This document shows, in pieces, positions 14,373-26,475 of a stretch of DNA of 64,000 nucleotides (position 1 is the first letter of the stretch; every line of letters starts with the position of its first letter). The notes under the pieces were generated by a model, which saw only the letters and a program-made list of their open reading frames with translations, was not told the origin of the DNA and did not search any database. A program made the translations under genes and the position numbers. This DNA is from Felis catus. Its lineage: Eukaryota. Location: assembly GCF_018350175.1 (NCBI RefSeq), contig NC_058368.1:123320001-123384000 (forward strand), written 5' to 3'.

Positions 14373-15312
14373 GAAATTTATTGATGTACTTAATTCAACA
14401 TTTATCCTATTGTGGTACCCTTCACAGATAGTCTTCACTATTAGGATGCGAGCTCTTCAAGGTCAGAAAAAGTGTTTTGTCTCCTTTTTGAAGCCTAGTT
14501 TAAGAATGAATGAAAGATTTAGCAAATGAGAGAAAATATATAAGAAAACTATCAGATGTGAAATATCACATCATTTCTACTTTCTGAAAATTAGCCTGCT
14601 ACAAAAATTTTGAGATGTGCATTTTTTATCTACATATCTTATCTAAAAACTTAGCTTAAAATATGTTGATGGAGAGGTCTAAATGGACTTTTTGTACTTT
14701 ATTCTTTAAAGTAATTTTTTTAACCTTTTCATCTTAAAAAGCAGTAAAAATCAAGCAGCAAAAATAGTTCGAAGAAATACTGTTAATGTCTTATATAACT
14801 TTAGTACAGTCATGAAAATCAGAATATTAACAGTGATATGTAACTGTTAAGTAACATATCTATTCTCTTGTTCAAACTTCACCAATTGTCCCAGAAATAC
14901 CATTTTCTAGTATAGGAACTAATCTAAGTGACATGTAGATTGTTGGTTTGTTTTTTTTTTTTTTAAGATTTTACTTTTAAGTAGTCTCTTCTCCCATTGT
15001 GGGGCTTGAACTCACAACCCCAAAGTCAAGAGTCACACTATCTATCAACCGAGCCAGCCAGTTATGGGTCCTTCAAATGTAATTGCTTTATGTCCTCAAT
15101 CTTTTCAACTGTTCTTAAGAAAGGGCTTCTTTCTTGAGGAAAAATTTGTTTGTAAAATTTTAATTAGAAATTTGATTAGACTACCTTGGAAATTCAGATT
15201 ACTGGCACAACATAGGCAGTCAATTAATGTTTGTTGAGTACACAGTAAAGAAATAAAATTGATTTCTCCATGGAATCATACAAAGGAGAATTTAAAAAGA
15301 AAGCTAAGCATT

Positions 15313-15541
15313 TCATTTTTATTTTTTTTTAATTTTTTTTTCAACGTTTATTTATTTTTGGGACAGAGAGAGACAGAGCATGAACAGGGGAGGGTCAGAG
15401 AGAGAGGGAGACACAGAATCGGAAATAGTCTCCAGGCTCTGAGCCATCAGCCCAGACCCCGACGCGGGGCTCGAACTCACGGACCGCGAGATCGTGATCT
15501 GGCTGAAGTCGGACGCTTAACCGACTGCGCCACCCAGGCGC
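15313..15541 (-). mobile_element. SINEC_Fc-type SINE
   Basis: Young, CpG-retaining copy; TSD agcatttcatt. Confidence 0.95.
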
Positions 15542-17082
15542 ACCTAGCATTTCATTATTTTTAAATATGATAAAGTAAATAATTTTTGTCTGTCCCATCA
15601 AATTTAAGTTCTCTGAATCAGATACTGTTTTTGCAACAGAAAATGTTTGGAAAAAATAGTCAAATTCAGTCATTGCTTAAACTACATCATATTAAATACT
15701 TTGGGTTTTTGAAGCTATTTTGCTTAGTGACAGGACTAAATATTTCACTTAAATCTCCATTCTTAGTGTATTTCGATACCACATGGATATCCTTTATCCC
15801 ATATGGTGACTGCAGAAAGCATAAAGATAATAAGTCAGATTCTTGATCAAAGGCAATAACAAAATTATCCTATAGGATTGATGATAGTCTACTTAACTCT
15901 GGTATTTCTAATCCTTAGGGTGATATTTCTAGTATTCTCTTTTGTTCCCCTCTCTACCACATGGAGAAAATAATATTCTGGGTGGCAGGTGGAGGCACAT
16001 ATTTTCCTACTGAAATTTTAGGCCTAAAACTACATTTTGAAGATTATTGCAATGAAATCATGACTTCACCTTTATAAACTGCATTATTTCTATGATGCAA
16101 CTTTTAATACCAACTAACATGCAAGCAGATATATAAGTATGAATAGGAGCTTCTTGAGAGGAGGGACTCAGTATTCAAAAGTAGCTTCTTGGAAAAATTG
16201 TTTCCAGTCATCACCATGATAGATAAAGAGTAGAATCAACCCAGAAAAATCACAACGTAATGAAATGCCAAATTCTAGCTCTACCTCTGTTACCAGGCCA
16301 TGGAAATGTTGAAAGCATGTCTTCCAAAAGGAAGTGAGACTCAGTGCCACCACCTGCAAAATAAGAACATTGGATTTGTTACTTTTCAAAGACGTGGCCC
16401 TTGATTAAGTAAAAGCAAAATCTCAGCAGATAAAAGTGATAAATGCAGATAAAATGCAGACTTTCCCTGGCTGAAGTAGTGGTAAAGAAGGATAGAAAGG
16501 TAGGCACTGAAAGCTTGTCCTCTATTCTTATGAGGAAGATTTGTAAGCAGACTTTATCCCAGTCGATCTATTAAATTCTATGATTACTTAATAACATTTA
16601 TCCTATCCACCCTACTATTTAACAAAGTTTACTGAACATCTATTATGTTCAAGGCATACAGGAAATAGAAATATGAAAAAATAATTCCTGACTTTTTCTT
16701 TGATACTTGCATCAAAAGTCTTTTGAAAGGCAAATTCAAACACAGAGACTTTGCTTCTAGAAATGCAGTCCAAGGGAAGAATTGGGATTGTATCAAGGAT
16801 GCATTTATACAGATATTCCTGACCATATGGTTTGCATTAGCAAATGAACATGGAAACAAACTAAATGTTTCCAAATTGGATTTGCTTAATAATTTGTACA
16901 ACATATGGTAACTATTCAAAATGGCTATATAGAGTGTGATAACTATTCGAGATAGTAATATAAAATATGTTACTTGACAGAGATACTGAAAGTATATTTC
17001 AAGTTTAAAAAGCATTTTATAAAATGCTATCAACTGAGTGATCACATTTAAAAATTATATAAGCTTAGAAAATGTTAGAGAA

Positions 17083-17248
17083 GGGTGCTTGGGTTGCTCA
17101 GTCCTTAAGCATCTGACTTCAGCTCAGGTCACGATCTCACAGTTCCTGAGTTCGAGTCCCGCAGTGGGTGAGCTCCAGCCCTGCTTCAGGTGAGCATAAG
17201 TCCCGCTTGGGGTAAAAACACAAGCCCCACTTCCGGGTGAGCTCCACT

Positions 17249-17284
<36 letters not shown>

Positions 17285-17351
17285 CCTCATGGGATTCTGT
17301 CTCTCTCTGTCTCTCTTTCTCTCTCTGCCACTCGCTTACTTGCTCTCTCTC

Positions 17352-17385
<34 letters not shown>

Positions 17386-17405
17386 AAGAAAGAAAGAAAG
17401 AAAAA
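17083..17405 (+). mobile_element. Long SINEC variant
   Basis: SINE head, internally repeated body, CT tract, long A tail; TSD agaaaatgttag. Confidence 0.85.
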
Positions 17406-17736
17406 GAAAATGTTAGGGAAGATACATACAAATTTGTTAAAAGTGCAAATTTTTGGATAATGTATTATGGGTTTTTAAAGTAAATCTCTCTTGTACTGTT
17501 CTGTTTTTAAAGTTTCTATTATAAACATGCACTGTTTGAATGTTTGGTAGGTAGAGAGATAAATAGCTAATGAAGAGATCAATGATAGAACATAATTATA
17601 TATGCACATATTTTAATAGGCCTTTCTTCAAGGAGTTTGCATCCAGGATAAAAAAAAATTTTTTTTTAAATAAAGCATGTTTGCATTATTGAAGGTTGAT
17701 ATCAAATAATGTTTGCAGGCAAAAAAAAAAAAAAGT

Positions 17737-17940
17737 GGGTGGTGCCTGGGTGGCTCAGTCAGTTGGGCATCCTACCTCAGCTCAGGTCATGATCTCACAG
17801 CTTGCGAGTTCAAGCCCCACGTCGGGCTCTGTGTTGACACCTCAGAGACTGGAGCCTGCTTCAGATTCTTTGTCTCCCTCTCTCACTGCCCTTCCCCTGC
17901 TCATGCTCTCTCAAGAATAAATAAACATTAAAAAAAAGTT
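17737..17940 (+). mobile_element. SINEC
   Basis: ggtgcctgggtggctcagtc head, aataaataaac tail. Confidence 0.9.
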
Positions 17941-18942
17941 TTTTTTAATAATGTTTGTAGGCATTTGGAAACAGGAGCAATCCATTTTTGCCTGAGTTAC
18001 TATGAAGATTTTAGAATACCAGATGGTATTTGAGATGTACATTAAAGAATGATATGAAAGGGAAAATTTGTTCCAGGAGGAGGAGTAGTGTAGTGTTGGG
18101 GAAAAGCAAAGTGTTTTCAAAGGTTAGTAATGCACCCATTTGACTATGTTAGTGGCTTTCTGTTTGATCAATGTGAAATGGCTAAGAACATAGGCTCTGG
18201 AGTTAAACTGTCCTCATTTGACACCGCTTTTACAACTTGATAACTATGAGGTCTTGAACAAATTATTTAACTTTTTTCCTTACCTGTAAAGAGAAGATAA
18301 TGATAATATTAACTCCATAGGACTGCTCAAGAGGGTTAAATGAATAGTTTCATTTAAAACACTTTGAAAAGAAAGAAGAAAAAAATAAAGCACTTAGTAC
18401 TGAGGCTGAAACATAGCAAGCACTCAGCAAATGTTAGACACGTATTATGAGCAGAGTGGCGCCATATTTGGAAAAGCTCAGAGGAGCCATGTTGCCTAAG
18501 ATTTTGAAGGACATGGTGCAGACTTTCTAAGAATCACTGGCAATTGGGCAAGTTGGTTGTAGCACCAGTACCTCCAATCTACATTCCAAATTCTGTTCCC
18601 TTTTCCCACTCATTCAACAGATATTTTTCAAAATTCAACTTTTACCAGGTCCTTTCCTAGGAATTGGATAAAAAGATGAATCTGAGATGGCTAATTATGT
18701 CAAGACACTTCTAGCTGGGTTGAGGAGTGACGTAAGAAAGGAGTATAGATCAATTTCTCCAGAAATTCCAAGAAAGAGATAAGGAATTTATACTTGCATA
18801 CACATTTACATTAAAGCAGTTTGGCGACCAGTATTGGGAGCCCTACAAGTTACAACCTTTGAGATAGCACTTCTCCAAAGAACAGATTCTAGGACAGTAA
18901 TCAGAATATGTACAAGTATTTTATATATAAAATCGTGATTTC

Positions 18943-19145
18943 AGGGGCACCTGGGTGGTTCAGTTGGTTAAGCTTCTGACTCTTGATTTCAGCTCAGGTC
19001 ATGATCTCACGATTCATGAGTTTGAGCCCCACACCAGCCGCTGTGCTGACAGTGCGAAGCCTTCTTGGGATTCTCTTTCTCTGCCCCTCCAGTACTCACA
19101 TGCACATGCGCAACCACTCTCTCTCTCAAAATAAGTTTTTTTTTT
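18943..19145 (+). mobile_element. SINEC
   Basis: ggggcacctgggtgg head; flanked by gtgatttca repeats. Confidence 0.9.
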
Positions 19146-19603
19146 TAAATGGTGATTTCAACTCAGTGTAAAAAAGAAGAAATATACAACAATGGGGTAT
19201 TAGTAAAAGAAATCATTTTACATCTTTATAGTAGAGTATTATACCACAAAAATCATACTTTGCAGGATATGCATAATGGTACAGAAAAGGTAAATGACAA
19301 AGAATAAATAGAACATAATACAGTGTGATTTGATTTTTAATATAAAAACAGAAATACAATGCCTAGAGAAGAAATGGAAAGAAAAACAGATGCTCACAAA
19401 GGACACCTCTGAGTGCTAGGACTACATATAACTTTTATTATTTTTTTTATTTTCAGCATGTATCTTAATTGTAATAATAAAACATATGCTTCTTAAAATA
19501 ATTTTTAAATGTAAATTTAGCATATTTTTTCATTCCTTGAAAGAGCTAATGATGTCAATGCCATTATTCATGAAGTAAAGCAAGAACTTGTTTTAAATTA
19601 CAG

Positions 19604-19728
19604 GTTTTTTGCAACAACTGTGAGAAACCAGCTACACAAGGAAAACCCTGTCCCAAGGTCCACAAGCCAGTGTGTGATTCTGATGGGTAAACTTACCGCA
19701 ATGGCTGTGAATTCTGCAAAGCAGCTGA
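19604..19728 (+). pseudogene. SPINK12-like exon 3 (Kazal core with premature stop)
   Basis: ttacag|GTT...GCTGA|gtaagc; VFCNNCEKPATQGKPCPKVHKPVCDSDG*TYRNGCEFCKAA. Confidence 0.9.
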
Positions 19729-19975
19729 GTAAGCACATGCAGGCAGCTCTTAGAACAGCACACTTAGTTTGCACCAGTGGGGTGTGGGTCAGGGAAATTA
19801 CTTATTAAGGTTTTACTGTGCTAAGTATTGTACAGATAACTCTTATTTAGAATAACCCAATGTAATTATCCCCAAACAGACCTAAAAAGGATAAGTACCC
19901 ATTCCCTGTTCATCCAGCCTGGGCTTAACCCATTTCCACTACATTTCATTCTCAGCACCATCTCTTTTCTTTCAG

Positions 19976-20023
19976 GAAAAAAAAAATGGAAAGCTTGGTT
20001 TCAAACACAATGGGAAATGTTGA
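19976..20023 (+). pseudogene. SPINK12-like exon 4 (Kazal C-terminus)
   Basis: Strong polypyrimidine acceptor ttttctttcag; NGKLGFKHNGKC-stop lies out of frame; two AATAAA at about 20149 and 20159. Confidence 0.85.
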
Positions 20024-21834
20024 TTCCTCTGACGCAGTAAGGCTAGAAACGCGTTCCATTTGTCTTTGGCATTGGAAGATTTATTCCCTGTAGCTCAATA
20101 TCCTTTGCAATGTATTTCCCACAGTTATTATGCATAAAAGACAATTTCAATAAAGTTGAATAAAGTCTCTTAGCAGACTTTCTACATTGATGTTCTTTTT
20201 AGGTCACAATGGGGCCACCTTTGTTCGATTTAGTTAGACCACCTGAGTACGAAATGATACAACCTGAAAACAAGCACAGGTCATAGAATATTTCCATGCT
20301 TTTCACATCCACGATTCTCCAATCGGTGCTTTGAATCTCCATTCTTCAGATTTACATAGAAGACCTCAAGATTAATAAAGCTCAGTCCAAGAAAATATGT
20401 ATTCTCTGACTCAAATTAGCATTCTTTAGCATATTGGGGGAAGTGTTTTGCCCTAAGAGACACATTGAGTTTGTTTTAGAGCTTCTCAGTTGTATGCGAA
20501 GACAAGAAATAAGTAACATGGGAGACAGAATGTTGGTCATTTCAGTCATCCAGACACTAAAAAGGTTCTGGAACAGCTGAAACCTCTGGACTAGTTGTCT
20601 CTGACTTTATCAGTTTTATCAGCTTACTATAGTACTACAGTGTACTAAATAAGATATGATAAGCTTCCACGTGTGGCAAATTGTGAAAAACCTTGAAACT
20701 ATAACTTTATTGGCATGCTGTCAGTGCTTAGAAATCTAAAGATGAACAGACAAGCTTGGCATCTTCAGAGTGTTTATAGACTATCTGGAAAGACAACTGT
20801 ATCCCAACTACCTAAAATATAGTTTGATATGTTCCTGCTTTTTATAAGTTCCTAGCGAATGAATTACGCCATTTATTAATTGCACAAATAATTTTTCAAT
20901 GCTTATAAAATACCAGATGCTATTCCAAGAATGGGGTGAAGACAAGATCTCTGCTTCAAAGAATCATGCTTTAAGATTTGAGAGGGTGCACAAAAATATT
21001 TTTTAAATATTTTTTCAGTTATTAATAAATTTATAAAGGAAATCAAATTGACACATAAGATGGAAGAAACAAAGTACGTTTTGGAGAGAGGAATGATTTA
21101 AAATTGGTTACTTTCAACTGAGTCCTGAGAGCTTAAAAGGATTTGATGCAAATTCGGAGGAAGGGTGTTCCAAGCAAAGAGAAGAACAAACAGAAAAACA
21201 ACACAATCCAAAAAGTAAATAGATAGATAAGTAAATAAATAAATGTTTAAGAAACAACAACGCACAATTCAAAAATCAAAACCCAGAAATGGAAATAATG
21301 TTGGCATGATCAAGGATGAAAGGAATCAGTTCATAAAGAGCCTTGGGAGCCAAGCTAAAGCAATTCATATCCTAAGAATTATAGAAAATTATTTCAGGGC
21401 ATCAATAGAGGACTTCATTGCAGAGATGGCATTTTAGCTGATCTGTGACATATAAGAAATTCGCCATGTTGAAAAGGAAGGAAGTAGAGGATAAAAACAG
21501 AAACATTGTGAATAATCGTATCTTTGAGAAGGTTGTTTTCAAAGTCTCAAATTGAGCATGTGGACAAAATAAGAACTCAGAGAGGGAACTCCGGTATTAG
21601 ATACTTCTTAACATAGTGATTCTAAAGCAGAGATCTCCAACAAATGGCAAACAAGCTGGCTGTCACTTAGGGATTTTCTTTAGCCCATACACAGTCACTT
21701 CTTTTCATAGATGGCAATATTTAGAAGTTGAAAAAGATCAAATAAGAAACTGGATTTCTAGAAACTCTGGAAAAGTCAAAAGATGTGCTTACCCACCACT
21801 CGTGTTCCTTAGTAACAACAATCATTAATTTGAC

Positions 21835-21857
21835 TCTTTTGAATGTTTATTTATTTT

Positions 21858-21927
<70 letters not shown>

Positions 21928-22057
21928 ACAAGTGTGGGAGGGGCAGAGAGAGAGAATCCCAAGCAAGCTCCACACTGCCAGCATAGAGCCCCACATGGGA
22001 CTCGAACCATGAGACCATGATATGAGCCAAAAGCAACTGAGCCACTCAGGCGTCCCC
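21835..22057 (-). mobile_element. SINEC containing a (GA)n(GT)n microsatellite
   Basis: Reverse SINE; TSD tgactc(t/c)tttg. Confidence 0.85.
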
Positions 22058-22449
22058 TGACTCCTTTGGATGAGTTATTCCCACAGTGCCCCAGAATCAG
22101 TTTTGCTTTTTCACATTAGCTTCTGGTTCTTGATGGCATATGAGCTTTGTATCTCACTTTAAGGCACAATAGTTTTGACCACCTCATTGATACTCTTGCT
22201 TTTGGAAAATTCACAGTGTAAAGAAGCAGCCCATTCCATCAACAGAGAACAATTTCTTTATAGCAAGTTAGTATTTGCCTCTTTAGTACTTGCACCGAGT
22301 GGTAATACTTCTTTTTGCTTCAAAACCACACACAAAAAAATGGCTTCCTACTTTTTTATAATACACACACACAGGCACACACATATACAACTTGTACTTT
22401 CCTTTTCATATTCTCTTCCTTGAAATATCTCCCAGTCTTACCTTCTTTC

Positions 22450-23090
22450 TTTTTTTATTTTTTTAACTTGTTTTATTTTTTATTTTTTAAAATTTACATC
22501 CAAATTAGTTAGCATATAGTGCAACAATGATTTCAGGAGTAGATTCCTTAGTGCTCCTTACCCATTAGGCCCATCCCCTCTCCCACCACCCCTCCCATAA
22601 CCCTCAGTTTGTTCTCCATATTTATCAGTCTCTTCTGTTTTGTCCCCCTCCCTGTTTTTATATTATTTTTGTGTCCCTTCCCTTATGTTCATCTGTTTTG
22701 TCTCTTAAAGTCCTCATATGAGTGAAGTCATATGATTTTTGTCTTTCTCTGACTAATTTCACTTAGCATAATACCCTCCAGTTCCATCCACGTAGTTGCA
22801 AATGGCAAGATTTCATTCTTTTTCATTGCCGAGTAATACTGTCTATATATACCACATCTTCTTTAGCCATTCAACCATCGATGGACATTTGGGCTCTTTC
22901 CAAACTTTGGCTATTGTTGATATTGCTGCTATAAACATGGGGGTGCATGTGTCCCTTCGAAACACCACACCTGTATCCCGTGGATAAATGCCTAGTAGTG
23001 CAATTGCTGGGTCGTAGGGTAGTTCCATTTTAGTTTTTTGAGGAACCTCCATACTGTTTTCCAGAGTGGCTGCACCAGCTTGCATTCCCA
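22450..23090 (-). mobile_element. 5'-truncated L1 3' fragment
   Basis: ORF2 C-terminus ([14 protein letters not shown]) on the minus strand; 14-bp TSD TCTTACCTTCTTTC (22436-22449 and 23091-23104). Confidence 0.92.
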
Positions 23091-23914
23091 TCTTACCTTC
23101 TTTCAATAGAATATCATCAGCTGTCTCAGCAAAGCTTTATTTAAAATCTCTTGTTGCAATAGTATCAGTTTATAGTAGTGATCAAAGTACAAATCTAGAT
23201 TTTAAAAAAAGATTATAGCTAACATTCATGGAGTGTTTGAGTTTTTTCTGTGTGTCAGACATTGTTCTAAGGGCTTTACATATATTAACTCATTAATTAT
23301 TTGCAACAACCCAATGAAATAGGCATTATTATTATACTTATCTTGCATGAGAGGAATCTGAAACCCAGAAACATGTGATCAGTCACCAAGTTAAAAAGAG
23401 ACAGGGACAGAAGTCAAACTGTCCATTAATGTAGGAATTGTATAAATATTCTTTCTATGGACTTATTAACAAGTTAGTGTCCAAAGTGTTCTGAGGTACC
23501 AATAAAAAGCAAAGGGAATGAATAGACCTGATACTTGAATTGTCATTACCAAATATGCAATGCCAATTATGAAGTTTTCAAGGACTCCCCCAAATACTCT
23601 GCAGTCTCATACTACACCATGGTGGGTGGCACCCAATAAAGAAGAGCTTATTGTATTGTTTGAGTTTTAACACAGGAAGAAGATATTTTATAGTAAGTAA
23701 GAGATAAAATTTAGAATATGGACTCTGTTACAATATAATTCTGTGACCGTGTCTGGTTTTTCATCGGAGAAATGAAATAGTATATTTCTATTGTAATAGT
23801 ATCTATATTATTATAGGTGATATCTATAAAATAGGTTGTCTTAAAAGTTGGAATGATAATTCATATAACACACTTGGCGCAGAGTCTGGTTCTGGGTGTT
23901 TGATAAAGGTTATT

Positions 23915-24128
23915 TAAAAAAAATTTTTTTTACATTTATTTATTTTTGAGAGAGAGACAGAACGCAAGAGGGGTAGGGCAGTGACAGAGGGAGACACAGG
24001 ATCAGAAGGAGGCTTCAGGCTCTGAGCTGTGAGCACAGAGCCTGACGCGGGGCTCTAACTCATGAGCTGTGAGATATTGACCTGAGCCGAAGTCAGATTC
24101 TCAACCGACTGAGCCACCCCGGTGCCCC
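23915..24128 (-). mobile_element. SINEC
   Basis: Reverse SINE; TSD gataaaggttatt. Confidence 0.9.
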
Positions 24129-25557
24129 AGATAAAGGTTATTGTGAATATAAGGTATATGTTGGAAGATATTTTGAAAAGACCGGTGAACCAGGATACCA
24201 GTGTGACAGAGATGAGATGTGGACAAACAGGCTTTATGTCCTGGGGCAATCTGTTTTCCCTTTTGTAGGAAACTATAAGGTCCCCTGTAGCCTGAGCTCA
24301 CAATTTCAAGATCTTTGAGTCTTCTAACGAAAGAGTCTAGAAAGCAGCCTCAAGGACGTGATGGCATCAGATCTCACAGGCTGTCTGTATCTGATCTGGC
24401 CACAGAGTATAACTGGCCATATATACTCATAATACACATACACATAGAGGTGGCCAGTTATACTCTGTGGCCATTAGATAATAAGCAAATATTTGGAAGA
24501 GTGAAAACTGGAATTGGAATCAAGTCCAAACTCTGCCAATATTTTTAGAATTCCAGTGACTCTATTGATCCTCTCTCTCCCAAGAGTAGAATGAAAGATT
24601 TGGGCTAGACATTCTCTGAAGTTTTTAAGAGTTGTGATAGTGTGTGATTGAAATATATATTCCAAGTTTCTTTGCATACAGTAGGTGTTCATCAGCATAT
24701 GGAGCATTGAAATAAAAAAAGCAGTATCTTAAAATTCATGTAAAATGTGGTGGTAGAAGTATTAATATAATGTTTTTAAAGCAATGAACTTGTAGGTCTG
24801 TTATAAGGTATGTAATATGATCTTTTGAAAAAAGCTAATAGCCATACATTTGTTTTAAGGTGGATTTGGAAAAATAATAGTAGCCCATAAAACAAATAGT
24901 ATTGGTCACAATGACCCTAAATATAAATAGCTCATCAATTCAAAGGAAAAAAATGTAAATTTCAAATAGAACAAGTAGTATGTATATGTGCCAAAAAAAC
25001 TATAGACTTTGTTCAAGAATCTTTTGGAAGGATTTCTTTTTGGAAACCTCAAACCAAAGATTATACAGCTGATTAATTTTTTGGTCTGGTTATGGCTATA
25101 TTAAGATATTCTTAAAATATAGTGGGATCCACGAACTTGCCCTTCAGGAAATATACACATATACATAAAATGTTATCTCACAGACTAATGGAACCACCAA
25201 TCTCAAAATCAAAATGGAGATATGGTAGATTTCCCATATCTTTCCTGAGCAAAGACTTGATGTTGGTGTCAGAAGTGTAGGCTGTTGATCTAGCATTAAC
25301 ATGTGAAGTATGACCCAGCGTATACTAGAGAAGACTCAGAAATCTCCATATGGCTGGACTGAGATCTCTTCCCAGCTCTGAATTTGGAATCTTACTTCTA
25401 TAACGCCAAAGATGGATTGATCTCCAACTGAGGGACGGATCTTTAACCCAAACATTTATTTTCTGAGTCTCTCTTTCTGGAAAGGGAATTCCCATGTTTC
25501 TAGATAGCCAGGAATGGGTCTCCTAAGGCAGATATGTTAAAATATCTTGAATAGGGC

Positions 25558-25785
25558 TGGTGTCTGGGTGGCTCAGTTGGTTGAGTGTCTGATTTCGGCT
25601 CAGGTCATGATCTCACAGTTTGTGAGTTCGAGCCCCATGTGGGGCTCTGTCCTGACAGCTCAGAGCCTGGAGCCTGCTTCATGTTCTGTGTCTCCTCCTC
25701 TCTCTGCCCCTCCCATGCTCATGCTCTGTCTCTCTCTGTCTCTCAATAATAAATAAATGTCAAGCAAAAAAATTTAAAAAAATAA
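25558..25785 (+). mobile_element. SINEC
   Basis: SINE body and tail; TSD taaaatatcttga(a/c)taggg. Confidence 0.9.
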
Positions 25786-26009
25786 ATCATGTAAAATATC
25801 TTGACTAGGGTTAACTGTGTGAAAACAGTTATTTAATGACCCAGTGCTTGAGTTTCCTCATCACATATTTAGGATGTTACCAAAGCATTGTTTTAAGTAT
25901 TAAATGAGATCATCCATATAATGTGCTTCAATAAATGGTAACTTTATAGTTTTCATGGGGTCTTGAATCAGTGTCAAAAAGTAATCATAGTCTTGTCCAT
26001 AAAATTATA

Positions 26010-26475
26010 ATGATTATCTATTGCTGCATAACAAATCACGTCGCACTTAATGGCTTAAAACAAAACCAGTCATTCATTTGGCCTCAAGTCTGCCACTTAT
26101 TGCAGGCTCAGCAGCAATGATCTGCCTCTGTTCCATACGGCTTTCGCTGGGTGGCTCTGTTGGGATCCAGAATGACTTCAGTCATATTTCTGATGTTTCA
26201 GTGGGGCTAGAGAGGTTCCTTCCTGTTTCCGTCTCTGTCTCCACCTTTCTATGTCTCTAGCTCCCTCCATAGTCTCTCCTCCAGCCCTGCCAGACTCTAA
26301 GGCTTGGTTCTAAAAATGGAATGCTATCACATCCACAGCATTCTGCGGTCAGTGAAAATCACATGACCAGCTCAGAGTCAAGGGGAGGGGACATGGACTC
26401 TTCTATAGGAGAGAATTTACTTGTACAATGTGAGGATTTGTTGGTGGCAATCTTTATAAACAATATTCTACAAAT
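26010..26475 (-). mobile_element. Old MaLR (MLT1-like) LTR
   Basis: tatctattgctgcataacaaatcac..cttaatggcttaaaacaa is a typical MLT1 end; boundaries approximate. Confidence 0.55.

Larger units (their letters stand above)
4536..20023 (+). pseudogene. SPINK12-like Kazal-type serine protease inhibitor, disabled
   Basis: Exons 4536-4596, 6241-6266, 19604-19728 and 19976-20023, all GT-AG, phases 1/0/2. Translation: MQPSGSLLFLVTVAYLFLFAEAVSQGGSQVFCNNCEKPATQGKPCPKVHKPVCDSDG*TYRNGCEFCKAAE..NGKLGFKHNGKC. TAA at 19688-19690; the A10 run at 19977-19986 shifts exon 4 out of frame. Resembles my recollection of rodent Spink12. Confidence 0.85.

Noticed and set aside
19685..19692. Cryptic donor GG|GTAAAC created by the nonsense change, as a possible rescue
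   Set aside because: Using it removes Cys4 and Cys5 and still enters exon 4 out of frame.
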